Under the pieces are notes generated by a model. It had not been told where the DNA came from. It ran no database searches and was given only the letters and a program-made list of their open reading frames with translations. Source: a virus. From it: a stretch of DNA of 64,000 bases. Every line of letters begins with the position of its first letter. Positions within the stretch are counted from its first letter, which is position 1. Below, in pieces: positions 20,350-28,836 of the stretch. The stretch covers positions 49,195-113,194 of IMG/VR virus record IMGVR_UViG_3300045115_000211; one strand, written 5' to 3'. The position numbers and the translations under genes were made by a program.

Positions 20350-21537
20350 ATGGCAAGCAAGAAGGCGTGCGAACCGGGAATACACAGGAAGCCTGCGAAG
20401 ATCGACTTGAAGGCGTTGGCGGCAAAGCTTGGGGTCGAAAGGATTCCGGTCCCCAAGGCGTTGCCCAGCCTCAAGCGCATGTCAGAAACGGCAGGCCTCA
20501 CGAAGGACAACCCCATCCGGGGGCTGACGCTTGCCGAGTTCCTCGGGATGGTGGTGGAATGCTCCAGCACGATGTGCGTCCTGTGGGTGGAGATAACCCC
20601 GCCCCTCGCCCAGTTCATCCTCGAAAACTTCAACCTCGTCAACCGCAGGTTCAGGCGCCGCCGGTTCCACGACCTGCTCGCCATGATGCTCGCCGGGGAG
20701 TTCTACGAGACTACCGTCACGGTCAGGTTCGACTCCAACGGGGTCTTCTTCGACGGCCAGCACAGGCTGAAGATGATCGCGCACAGCGGCAAGTCGATGG
20801 TGCTCCCCATCGGGTTCGGGGAGCACCCCCTGCTCGCGCAGTTGAACACTGACACCGGGGCTCCCAGGCTGGTGAGGGACCATGGGTACGTGGCCACCGG
20901 GCGCGACATGTCGCCAGCCTCGACCTTCATCTCCCGCCATATGTTCCAGAGCTCGCCCGCCTTCGCCAACGGACGGGGGCTTTCCGGGAGGCCGATGTCC
21001 ACGAGCGAGACGACGAAGGCATACGAGGACTACTGCGTCGTCATCGAGCGCGCCGCCGACAAGGTGCTGCGCCGCGACAAGCGCCACGGGGTGTGGTTCC
21101 CCAAGGCGGTCGCCGCCGCGGTCGCGAGGGCCTACCTGTCCCATCCGTGGGACGTCATCGACAGGTTCTGCGAGATCATCTGCCTCGACGGATCGGACAT
21201 GTCGGCGATGCCGAAGGAGAGTTGGGAGATCGCCGCGATCATGTTCCGCGACGAGGTCAGGAAGCCGTGCTACATCGAGGCAAGGCATGACGAGGATTAC
21301 GTGCTGGTCTACGCCCTCGCCGAGCAGGCAATCCACAACTTCATCCACAAGATCACCCCTTCGCGCCTCGCGCATGCCACCAAGGAACTGTTCCCGCTCA
21401 AGCAGTCAACCAAGCTCACGATAAGCCTGGAGGACGACGACAGGGCGATGGTTGAGCAGCGCAAGTCCGTCGCCTATGACGTGCCCGAAGGCAGGATCGT
21501 GACGGAAAGGGCGACCAAGGAGAGGGTCGCCGGATGA
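20350..21537 (+). CDS. ParB/Srx-like DGQHR-domain protein
   Basis: ITP.LA..IL..N..NR, GEF, FDSNG..FDGQHRL, DTG..R. Confidence 0.8.
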   Translation: MASKKACEPGIHRKPAKIDLKALAAKLGVERIPVPKALPSLKRMSETAGLTKDNPIRGLTLAEFLGMVVECSSTMCVLWVEITPPLAQFILENFNLVNRRFRRRRFHDLLAMMLAGEFYETTVTVRFDSNGVFFDGQHRLKMIAHSGKSMVLPIGFGEHPLLAQLNTDTGAPRLVRDHGYVATGRDMSPASTFISRHMFQSSPAFANGRGLSGRPMSTSETTKAYEDYCVVIERAADKVLRRDKRHGVWFPKAVAAAVARAYLSHPWDVIDRFCEIICLDGSDMSAMPKESWEIAAIMFRDEVRKPCYIEARHDEDYVLVYALAEQAIHNFIHKITPSRLAHATKELFPLKQSTKLTISLEDDDRAMVEQRKSVAYDVPEGRIVTERATKERVAG

Positions 21538-21772
21538 ACAGGGATTGCCACGGGGATCTGGTCGAGGTCGAGGGACGGACGTACTACCGCTGCATGCTCG
21601 ATGGCAAGTTCATGGAGGCCTCGGCATCCATCGACGGCACGGGATGCCCGAACTGCGGGAGGATGGTCGTGTGCCAGCCTGGCGTGAGCAAGACGAACGT
21701 CAGGACCGTCAAGGAAGTCCAGTTCGACGACCGCCTGGGGTGGGTCAGGTTCGAGGTCACGGAGGCCAAGCG

Positions 21773-22564
21773 ATGATCCAAGGAACCGCGCCGAAGACGA
21801 TCAGGTGCCCCTGCGGCAACCTGATGATGTACCACGACCGGGAAGACGACGTGGCCAAGTTCGGGCTGACGGTCGATGAGATCGCCTCCGCGACGGGCGC
21901 CATGCCCATCGTCGACCGGGAGAAGGGCACCGTGTCGTGGCTGTGCCGCGACTGCGTCAACCGGGCGAGGAGGAAGCCGCGCTGGTACAGCGTCAAGGAG
22001 CGTCTGCCAACACTCAAGGATGGTCAGAACGATCGCCAAGTCCTCGTGTGGCTCAAGCGGCCATCCAAAGACATCATGACGGAGGTCCTGTACTACCGGG
22101 CAAAGGGGTTCGCTCCGGTCGAGGAGTTCGGAAACGGCACGGTGTCCCATTGGGCCGAGATGCCCGGCCCATACGACCCGCCCGACGACGAGCTGTACGG
22201 CGTCAGCCCCGAGGACCATTCCAAGGCCCTCTTCGCAGCGTCGCGCGTCATGCTCAGCCCGCACGAGTGGACATGGAAGCAGGACGAGCAGGAGGCGATG
22301 GCGAGGCTGTGCCACTGGGCAGCCTGCCTGTTGCCCCTCCCCAGGCGTCCGCTCCGCTGCTCCCTCTGCAAGGGGACGAGGATCAGGACGACCGAGGACG
22401 TCGGCTACGACATCGACACGTCGGGCGAGGAGACCCAGCACGAGGACAGGTGCCTCGACTGCGGCGCCACGAGGCTCTGGGGCAGGCGCGCCCATAACTT
22501 CACCACGCCCACGGTCTGGTGGGGCGAATGGGAAGGCAAAGGAGACGGCCATGCCGACGAATAG
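21773..22564 (+). CDS. DUF551-containing mosaic protein with Zn ribbons
   Basis: WYSVKERLP...VLV...VSHWAEMP. Confidence 0.65.
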   Translation: MIQGTAPKTIRCPCGNLMMYHDREDDVAKFGLTVDEIASATGAMPIVDREKGTVSWLCRDCVNRARRKPRWYSVKERLPTLKDGQNDRQVLVWLKRPSKDIMTEVLYYRAKGFAPVEEFGNGTVSHWAEMPGPYDPPDDELYGVSPEDHSKALFAASRVMLSPHEWTWKQDEQEAMARLCHWAACLLPLPRRPLRCSLCKGTRIRTTEDVGYDIDTSGEETQHEDRCLDCGATRLWGRRAHNFTTPTVWWGEWEGKGDGHADE

Positions 22565-22802
22565 CAGTCCGCTTCCTTGCCCCCGCTGCGGGGGCGAGAT
22601 GAGGGTCGGCCACAAGCACGGGAACATGAGGTCCTTCCCTTGCGTCAGCCTCAAGTGCTCGAACTATCCGAAGTCCTGCTCCTGGAGGCTGTCGGTCGAT
22701 TACAACGAGATGGTCGGCTACGCGGCCGAGGAAGTGGCGGAGGAACTGGTCGCCCACTACAACGAGGGAGTCCGCAACGCCATCGCTTCCGGGAAGAGGT
22801 AG
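22551..22802 (+). CDS. Lar-like zinc-finger protein
   Basis: PLPCPRCGG...C..C. Confidence 0.5.
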   Translation: MPTNSSPLPCPRCGGEMRVGHKHGNMRSFPCVSLKCSNYPKSCSWRLSVDYNEMVGYAAEEVAEELVAHYNEGVRNAIASGKR

Positions 22803-23578
22803 GCATGGGCGTCAGGCTCAAGCAATGACGTTGGCCAGAAAGACGCCGTGGGCCAAGGGCAGGAGGCTGGCTTGGGTCAGCCACGGCGACCAGGCTCACC
22901 GTTGCTGGCACGTGCCGTACGCCGTGCCGCCTAGGACGGCGGTCTGCGGCTACCACATACATCGACAACGTGGAGACGGTCCCCGAGATGGTCACGCAGG
23001 ATGTGGCGTCGGGGCTTGCGAAGTGGGTCAGGTGGATTGGCGACAGGCATGCGGCTCCAAGGGTCATGGTCGGGAAGGCCCACAGCAGGGGCATACTGGA
23101 CGGCCAAGGATTTCGCGACGCCTCCATCACCCTGCGCGAGCTGATGGGGGACATGCCGGAGGGCTCACGAGACTATGCCGACGTCTGCTCCAGCGGAGCA
23201 TGGGAGCACGCCCCATGACGTCCCGGAAGATCGCTCCTGCGACAACCACAGGAAGGCCCACACGCCGCGAGAGGCGGCGTCCATCGTGGACGTCGCCAGG
23301 AGGACGGGTGGCGAGGCGTTCTTCGACGCCCTGTCCTGCCTCGCCGCGGACGGCCTGACCAAGTCCCAGTTCGATCTCATCCGCAGGGCCGCCGCGTCCG
23401 CCGTCGTCAGGAACTCGGCTTGCCCCTTCTGCAAGGGCGAATCCACTGTGCTCGCCGCAAGGGCGAGCGAGGCGTCATGCCGCTGGTGCCTGAGGGCCTG
23501 ATCTTCGCCGTTGACTCCGCCGCCGTCCTGTGCCATCATCTTGGCATCGAGACAACCCATCGCGAGAGGAGAAACCAT

Positions 23579-24757
23579 ATGCCGTTCGTCAAGGGATCCG
23601 AGCACCGCTTCGCCATGAGGGGAGCCGACAGGACGCCCACGTTCCCCGACCGCTGGTACAACACGAAGGACGGCATCGCGAGGTCGGCGAAGACGCTCGC
23701 CGGCCTGAACGCCCTATTCAGCGCCAGGCGCGACGCGGGATATTGCCGCAACGAGCGCCTCGCCGAGTTCGTGGTCCTCGGCATGTGGTACCTCGACACC
23801 TGCGGCAACGCCATGAAGGCGATGTCCGACGCCCGGGACTTCAACGTGACGCCCAGGAAGGCGTTCACAGACGCCGGCATGGCCATCCCCGACGCCATCG
23901 GGATGGACGAGATGCACGCCGCCCTCAAGCCCCACTATGCCGAGGACAAGTACCCGCACATGTCGTTCGCGGCGGGGAGCGACCTTCCACAGGCCTATTT
24001 CCTGTGCGCTGGGTGCGGCCGCCCGTGGACCATCGCCGACTGCGACGACGCCGTGTGCGAGCGGGAGGAGGAGGTGGCGAAGGCCGAAGGCTGCGCCGGG
24101 ATGACGCTCGGGGACTTCCGCAGGTCGTTCGATGGGCGCAACGACGCCTTGTTCGTGTTCCAGCCCGAACTCGCCGTCCGCAACGACCGCTTCATCGACC
24201 TGTCGCCGAAGTACCCCGGCACGGACAAGGATTGGGAGAAGGGCGTCCCCAAGAACGAGCACGGATGGAAGTCGGAGGGGGAACTCTCTGCCTCGATGGA
24301 CGCGGGGGAAATCCACGCCCCGGCGTCATCCCAGCCGAACGTCGACACCTACGTCCTGCAGCCCGGCGACGAGGTCTTGGTCAACGTGTTCCGCTACAGC
24401 CACAGGGCATGCCTCCAGGCCAAGGTCGACCGGGCCGCCATGGCGGCGTTCGCCAAGGCGTTCGAGGACGCCGGCCTGCGGACGGGGATCGGGCTGGCGG
24501 AGGTCGAGAACGAGTACGGCTCCCGCTCGTACCGCGGGCCGTGGTACGTCGCCATGACCGAGATCGGCGAGGTCCGCGTCGGATGGCGCAAGCGGGTCAT
24601 CGAGGTCGTCTTCCCCGACTGGGTCCCCGTCGGCACCCTGTTCGCCAAGGAGGACGTCACCAAGTCGGCACACCTGATCCACGCCTGGGGCTACGACAAG
24701 CTGGCCGAGTACCTCAAGGCGGCGAAGAAAGCGGCGAAGGAAGCGAGGAAGACATGA
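23579..24757 (+). CDS. conserved phage hypothetical protein
   Basis: GPWY...GWRKRVI...EDVTK...IHAWGY; promoter 23511; AGGAG RBS. Confidence 0.75.
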   Translation: MPFVKGSEHRFAMRGADRTPTFPDRWYNTKDGIARSAKTLAGLNALFSARRDAGYCRNERLAEFVVLGMWYLDTCGNAMKAMSDARDFNVTPRKAFTDAGMAIPDAIGMDEMHAALKPHYAEDKYPHMSFAAGSDLPQAYFLCAGCGRPWTIADCDDAVCEREEEVAKAEGCAGMTLGDFRRSFDGRNDALFVFQPELAVRNDRFIDLSPKYPGTDKDWEKGVPKNEHGWKSEGELSASMDAGEIHAPASSQPNVDTYVLQPGDEVLVNVFRYSHRACLQAKVDRAAMAAFAKAFEDAGLRTGIGLAEVENEYGSRSYRGPWYVAMTEIGEVRVGWRKRVIEVVFPDWVPVGTLFAKEDVTKSAHLIHAWGYDKLAEYLKAAKKAAKEARKT

Positions 24758-25143
24758 GGAAGCAGGAGAAGTTCGTCCCATCCCTCAACGACCGCGGCTA
24801 CAGGTTCCGCTGCCATGCCAAGGGCGCGCCTGGGGCGTCCGTCGTGTTCGACGTCAGGACCCACCCCCAGTGCTTCGGAACGGGCGACATCCCCGCCCGC
24901 TCGACCTGCCTCATCGATGGCAAGGGGCGGGAGGTCTTCGAGCACGACGTGCTTGAGCTCAGGTCGACAGTCACCGACATGCACAAGCGCAACGCGACGG
25001 GCGAGTACGGCCCGATGCTGTTCCTCGTGGCGTGGCGCCACGGCGACCCCGTCCTGATCGACCAGGACGCTGTAGAATGGCTTATGGCAGGTAGGGTCGC
25101 TCGCCACGGGCGAGCGTGGATTGAAACGATGGAAGGGGATTGA
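24754..25143 (+). CDS. YopX-like protein whose 3' end runs through a CRISPR repeat
   Basis: FRC, STCLIDGKGREVFEHDVL, VAW; ends VARHGRAWIETMEGD. Confidence 0.6.
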   Translation: MRKQEKFVPSLNDRGYRFRCHAKGAPGASVVFDVRTHPQCFGTGDIPARSTCLIDGKGREVFEHDVLELRSTVTDMHKRNATGEYGPMLFLVAWRHGDPVLIDQDAVEWLMAGRVARHGRAWIETMEGD

Positions 25144-25184
25144 CAAGGCGCGACTTCGCCCCGCAAACGGGGCGTATATTGGAC
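25096..25184 (+). CRISPR. mini-array: full repeat (25096-25127), 27-nt spacer, degenerate repeat (25155-25184); candidate Cas-regulating RNA
   Basis: repeat identical to first array repeat; second unit TTCGCCCCGCAAACGGGGCGTATATTGGAC keeps a 7-bp stem and a tail resembling the repeat's; TAGAAT -10 at 25073. Confidence 0.8.
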
Positions 25185-25241
25185 GGGTCATGGACTGTGG
25201 CTACCATGGGATTTCTCAATGCCACTTCTTGGGTCGTTGCG

Positions 25242-25298
25242 AAAAAAAAAAGATTCTATGGAAAGGGGTTGACTCCCGACCCATAGTTGTGAGATACT
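25242..25298 (+). promoter_or_regulatory. cas operon promoter with A-tract and TTC-PAM-flanked mini-array target
   Basis: A-tract, TTC 25254-25256, TTGACT 25269-25274, GATACT 25293-25298 (18-bp spacer). Confidence 0.75.
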
Positions 25299-25362
25299 GT
25301 TGCCAGTTGGACCAAGGTGGTTCAACGTGTCGTAGAAACGAAGGAAGAACAGGAGAGTGAGT

Positions 25363-26265
25363 ATGTCGCAGAAGTCGCAGAAGGTCGAGTTCGAGGTTAA
25401 TGGAGTTCGCTATGTGGTGTTCGTCGATGCGCGGAGGTCCAACCCTAACGGGCAGGGACAGGGCGAGAACCAGCCCAGGCACTTCGACGACGGCACCGTG
25501 TGGGCCAGCGCAGAAAGCATCAAGCGCGGCATCAGGGACACGTGGATCGCAGAACTGGATGGCGTCCCCGGCTGCGACGTGTTCGTCTACCCCAGGCGCC
25601 CCATCGTGGAGGCCATCGCTGCGGCCCGTCCCGGACGCCAGCGGTTCGACGACGCCGGCGAGATGGCTGCGGCGGTACGCCAGAAGTACATCGACGCACG
25701 GGCGTTCGGTGTCGTCCTGGCAGACGGCAAGGCCGAGAGCGGCGACGATGACGATGGCGGCTCCAAGAAGAAGTCAAAGCAGCTTTCGATCGGGCTCAGG
25801 GGGCCAGTCGTCGTCACCGACGCCGACTCCGTCGAGCCCACGCCGATCGAGGAAATGGACATCTCTCGCTGCTGTCCCCACAAGGACGACAACGACAAGG
25901 ACCACAACCAGGGGAAGAAGTGGTTCGTCCGCTACGGCCGCCTGCGCTTCTGCGTCTATGTCGAGCCGCACATGGCTCGCCAGAGCGGGTTCAGCAAGGA
26001 AGACCTCGGGCGCCTGGAGGATGCCCTGAAGGACGTCTACAAGCACAGGCGCACCGCCAGCCGCCCCGACATGAGGACCGTGGCCGTCTACCGGCTGACC
26101 CCTCGCGAAGGCATGAAGCCCTCGTCGAGGGCGATGGACGAGATCACCGACCGCATCCAGTCCAAGCGGGTCGTCCCCGGAGACGTCCCGACCGAGGGGT
26201 GCTACTCCCTGCCCAACGCCGAGGAGTTCTGCACCGAGCAGGTTCTCGTCGAAAGGATCGACTGA
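25363..26265 (+). CDS. cas7: type I-C Cas7 (Csd2)
   Basis: SNPNG...N.PR, SIKRGIRD, YIDARAFG, LRGPV, GFSKEDL; AGGAG RBS. Confidence 0.92.
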   Translation: MSQKSQKVEFEVNGVRYVVFVDARRSNPNGQGQGENQPRHFDDGTVWASAESIKRGIRDTWIAELDGVPGCDVFVYPRRPIVEAIAAARPGRQRFDDAGEMAAAVRQKYIDARAFGVVLADGKAESGDDDDGGSKKKSKQLSIGLRGPVVVTDADSVEPTPIEEMDISRCCPHKDDNDKDHNQGKKWFVRYGRLRFCVYVEPHMARQSGFSKEDLGRLEDALKDVYKHRRTASRPDMRTVAVYRLTPREGMKPSSRAMDEITDRIQSKRVVPGDVPTEGCYSLPNAEEFCTEQVLVERID

Positions 26266-26272
26266 CCGACAC

Positions 26273-26309
26273 GATTGCCGCCTGTGGCTGCTTGCCACAG
26301 GCGGCAATC
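26273..26309 (+). repeat. perfect 16-bp inverted repeat between cas7 and cas5
   Basis: GATTGCCGCCTGTGGC-TGCTT-GCCACAGGCGGCAATC. Confidence 0.9.
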
Positions 26310-26326
26310 AACCAAGGGAGGCAACC

Positions 26327-27007
26327 ATGGCTACCAGCAGCAACGTCAGGGTCCTGGTCGGGATTCGCGGGCGCAGGGCCTGCTTCTCCAACCCGTCCGC
26401 CGGCAAGATCAACAAGTTCTCGTACCCGTTCATCACGGTGTCGGCGGCGCGAGGAGTGGTGGCGTCCGTGTTCCATCGCCCGCAGATGGACTGGGTGCCG
26501 ACCCGCATTGCGGTCATGAGGGCCGGACGGTCCGCCAACGTCGCCAGCAACGAAATCGACTTCGATCTGTCGTCGACCGATCCCGTCTTCGCCGACGAGG
26601 CAAGGATGCAGGTCAGCGCGCGGATTCTCGTTGACGTCGACTACATCATCGAGGCCGAGCCGGTCGTGCTCTGCCCCGGAACCACCGATGACCCGAACAC
26701 GCCGGAGAAGTATGCCGCACAGTTCAACCGCATCTTGGTGGACGGCAAGGGGCTGTACTACTCCACGCCGTGCCTTGGCCCGCGCCAGTACGTCGGGCGG
26801 CTCTATCCCGTCGAGCGGTTCCCGGAGCGGGGGTGCGCGATCCCCGACCTGGAGGTCCGATCCATGTTGGTCGGCATCTCCAAGGGCGCCGACAGGCGCG
26901 ACGGCGGACGGGACTATCCCGTTTTCGCCGACATCCGCCTCGTAGATGGGATCTTCTCCGCCCCGAGGTTCGTGTCGTCCATGTTCAACCCTGGAGAATC
27001 GGCATGA
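26327..27007 (+). CDS. cas5: type I-C Cas5 (Cas5d)
   Basis: G.RACFSNP, SYPFITVSAARG, DVDYIIEA, PCLGPR. Confidence 0.92.
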   Translation: MATSSNVRVLVGIRGRRACFSNPSAGKINKFSYPFITVSAARGVVASVFHRPQMDWVPTRIAVMRAGRSANVASNEIDFDLSSTDPVFADEARMQVSARILVDVDYIIEAEPVVLCPGTTDDPNTPEKYAAQFNRILVDGKGLYYSTPCLGPRQYVGRLYPVERFPERGCAIPDLEVRSMLVGISKGADRRDGGRDYPVFADIRLVDGIFSAPRFVSSMFNPGESA

Positions 27008-28836
27008 TTTCGATGAGCCCGGTCCAGGAGGTCATCGCCCTGTATGACGCGCTTTCGGCGGCTGGCCAGATGCCGCCCCTTTGTTGGGGGCAGGCGACGA
27101 TCGGAATGACGGTGAAGATCGACGATCATGGGGGCGTCAGGACCGCCATGCCGCTCGGCAATGACTGCTCGATGGTCGTCCCCATCCCGTTCGTGTCCAG
27201 GTCCTCTGGCCTGGCGCCGACATTCGGGACGGACAACGCCAAGTACCTCGTGGGCGAGGCATGGGAGGCGTGGCGCGAACACCACCTCGCCTTCTCCGAC
27301 AAGGCCGCGTTCCCTCCCGCATTCGTCCACTTCCTCAAGAACGGGAAGACCCCGTTCGTCCCCACCAAGGAACCCAAGATCATCAGGCTCTCGGGTTCGG
27401 ACTTGTCGGGGACGTTCGTCATCGAGTTGCCTGACGGCACCTACCTGCACGAACACGCCAGCGTCAAGTCGTTCTGGCAGCCGGACAACATCATCGATTG
27501 GGAGAACCACGGCAGGCTGTCCCAGGGTCGAGACCCGATCCGCACCGTCGAGGGGTATTCATCGGTCGACGGCAAGTGGGGCAAGCTCGTCGAGTTCCAC
27601 GCCGCGATCGGGATGGTCGTACCCGAGGCCCAAGGCTCCGCCAAGCTGGGGGCGGTAAACACCAGTGGCGGGGGGTACTCTTCGTACGGAATGGACGGCG
27701 GCTTCACTTCCCCCATGACCATCGACCAGACGTTCAAGTTGGCATCGACGATCAGGTTCCTTGGCAACAGGGACAAGGCCGCAGGAGACCGAACGTCGTG
27801 CAGGCCGATCGTCGCGCGGGGAAGGAAGATCAGCATCATGTCCGACAGGATGAAGGCCGTGAAGGCCCTCGTCCTGGGCTGGGGCGAGCCGACGGCGGTG
27901 TCGTGGATGAACGAGGAGTTCGCCAAGGACGACGACTCCATGAGGAAGGCCATCGACGTCATCGATGGGATCATGTGCGGCAAGGCCGAGGTTCCTGGCG
28001 TGACGCAGGACGACCGGGTGTGCTTCATGGCGATGTCCGCCCCGACCAAGGGTCGGATAGCCATTGACGAGTTCTGGTCTGGGGACGCGCCGACCGTCGC
28101 CGTCAAGATGGCCAAGTGGCACGCCGCATCGATGACCACGGATCCCGACATGACCCGGCAGGTGCAGACGAGGTACCAGTTCGTGAAAAGCCTCGGGATT
28201 GGCCACGACAAGGCGCTGAACGAGAGCGAGGCGCACGTCGTCAGGGGACTGTTCCAGTCCGCCATCGAAGGCGAGCAGATGCCGGTCGACATCGCATACC
28301 ATGTCAGGAGGGCATGCCAGAGGGTTCTGGCCACAGGGGACGCATTTGTCCACGGGCGTTCGAGCCTGTACAGCCCACTGCGCACGCTCCGGGGCTGCAT
28401 GGCTAGGGCGGGAGTGGGGTTCAATGAGGGAGGATACGAGATGATCGATAAGACCGCGGCATACCAGTTGGGCGTCCTGCTGATAGCGTTCGACGACGCC
28501 GTGCGGAGCGACGAGTGGAGGCGGACGAGGAAGTGGAGCCGCAGCAGCGTTAACGGCCTGCACTCGAACACGAAGAGCATCCTTCCGACGTGCCTGGCGA
28601 AGCCGTCGGCGGCGGTGGCCACAATGCGGCATAAGCATATGCAATACTACGCGCGGTATTGGCCGCAGGACGCCGTCAACATCAACGACGAGTGCTTCTC
28701 CGCTCTGCCCGCAACCCCTCTTTCGCAGCAGCAGCGGGACGAGTTCTTCGCCGGCACCGCACACGGCCTCGAACTGCGCTCCAGGAAGATCGCCGCCATC
28801 AAGGCGGCAAAGACCCAGAGGGAAGCGCGTGAATAG
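27004..28836 (+). CDS. cas8c: type I-C large subunit Cas8c (Csd1)
   Basis: LYD, VP...RSSGLAP.F..DNAKYLVG, SSYG, GRIAI, AYQLG.L; ATGA overlap with cas5. Confidence 0.88.
   Translation: MISMSPVQEVIALYDALSAAGQMPPLCWGQATIGMTVKIDDHGGVRTAMPLGNDCSMVVPIPFVSRSSGLAPTFGTDNAKYLVGEAWEAWREHHLAFSDKAAFPPAFVHFLKNGKTPFVPTKEPKIIRLSGSDLSGTFVIELPDGTYLHEHASVKSFWQPDNIIDWENHGRLSQGRDPIRTVEGYSSVDGKWGKLVEFHAAIGMVVPEAQGSAKLGAVNTSGGGYSSYGMDGGFTSPMTIDQTFKLASTIRFLGNRDKAAGDRTSCRPIVARGRKISIMSDRMKAVKALVLGWGEPTAVSWMNEEFAKDDDSMRKAIDVIDGIMCGKAEVPGVTQDDRVCFMAMSAPTKGRIAIDEFWSGDAPTVAVKMAKWHAASMTTDPDMTRQVQTRYQFVKSLGIGHDKALNESEAHVVRGLFQSAIEGEQMPVDIAYHVRRACQRVLATGDAFVHGRSSLYSPLRTLRGCMARAGVGFNEGGYEMIDKTAAYQLGVLLIAFDDAVRSDEWRRTRKWSRSSVNGLHSNTKSILPTCLAKPSAAVATMRHKHMQYYARYWPQDAVNINDECFSALPATPLSQQQRDEFFAGTAHGLELRSRKIAAIKAAKTQREARE
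28441..28836 (+). CDS. cas11: internally translated small subunit Cas11 (131 aa)
   Basis: in-frame ATG with GGAGG (28429-28433) 7 nt upstream, just before AYQLG. Confidence 0.75.
   Translation: MIDKTAAYQLGVLLIAFDDAVRSDEWRRTRKWSRSSVNGLHSNTKSILPTCLAKPSAAVATMRHKHMQYYARYWPQDAVNINDECFSALPATPLSQQQRDEFFAGTAHGLELRSRKIAAIKAAKTQREARE

Noticed and set aside
25121-25360. 79-aa ORF as a CreT-like toxin controlled by the mini-array
   Set aside because: Overlaps the repeat and promoter, has atypical codon use, and starts upstream of the targeted promoter; no toxin evident between the promoter and cas7
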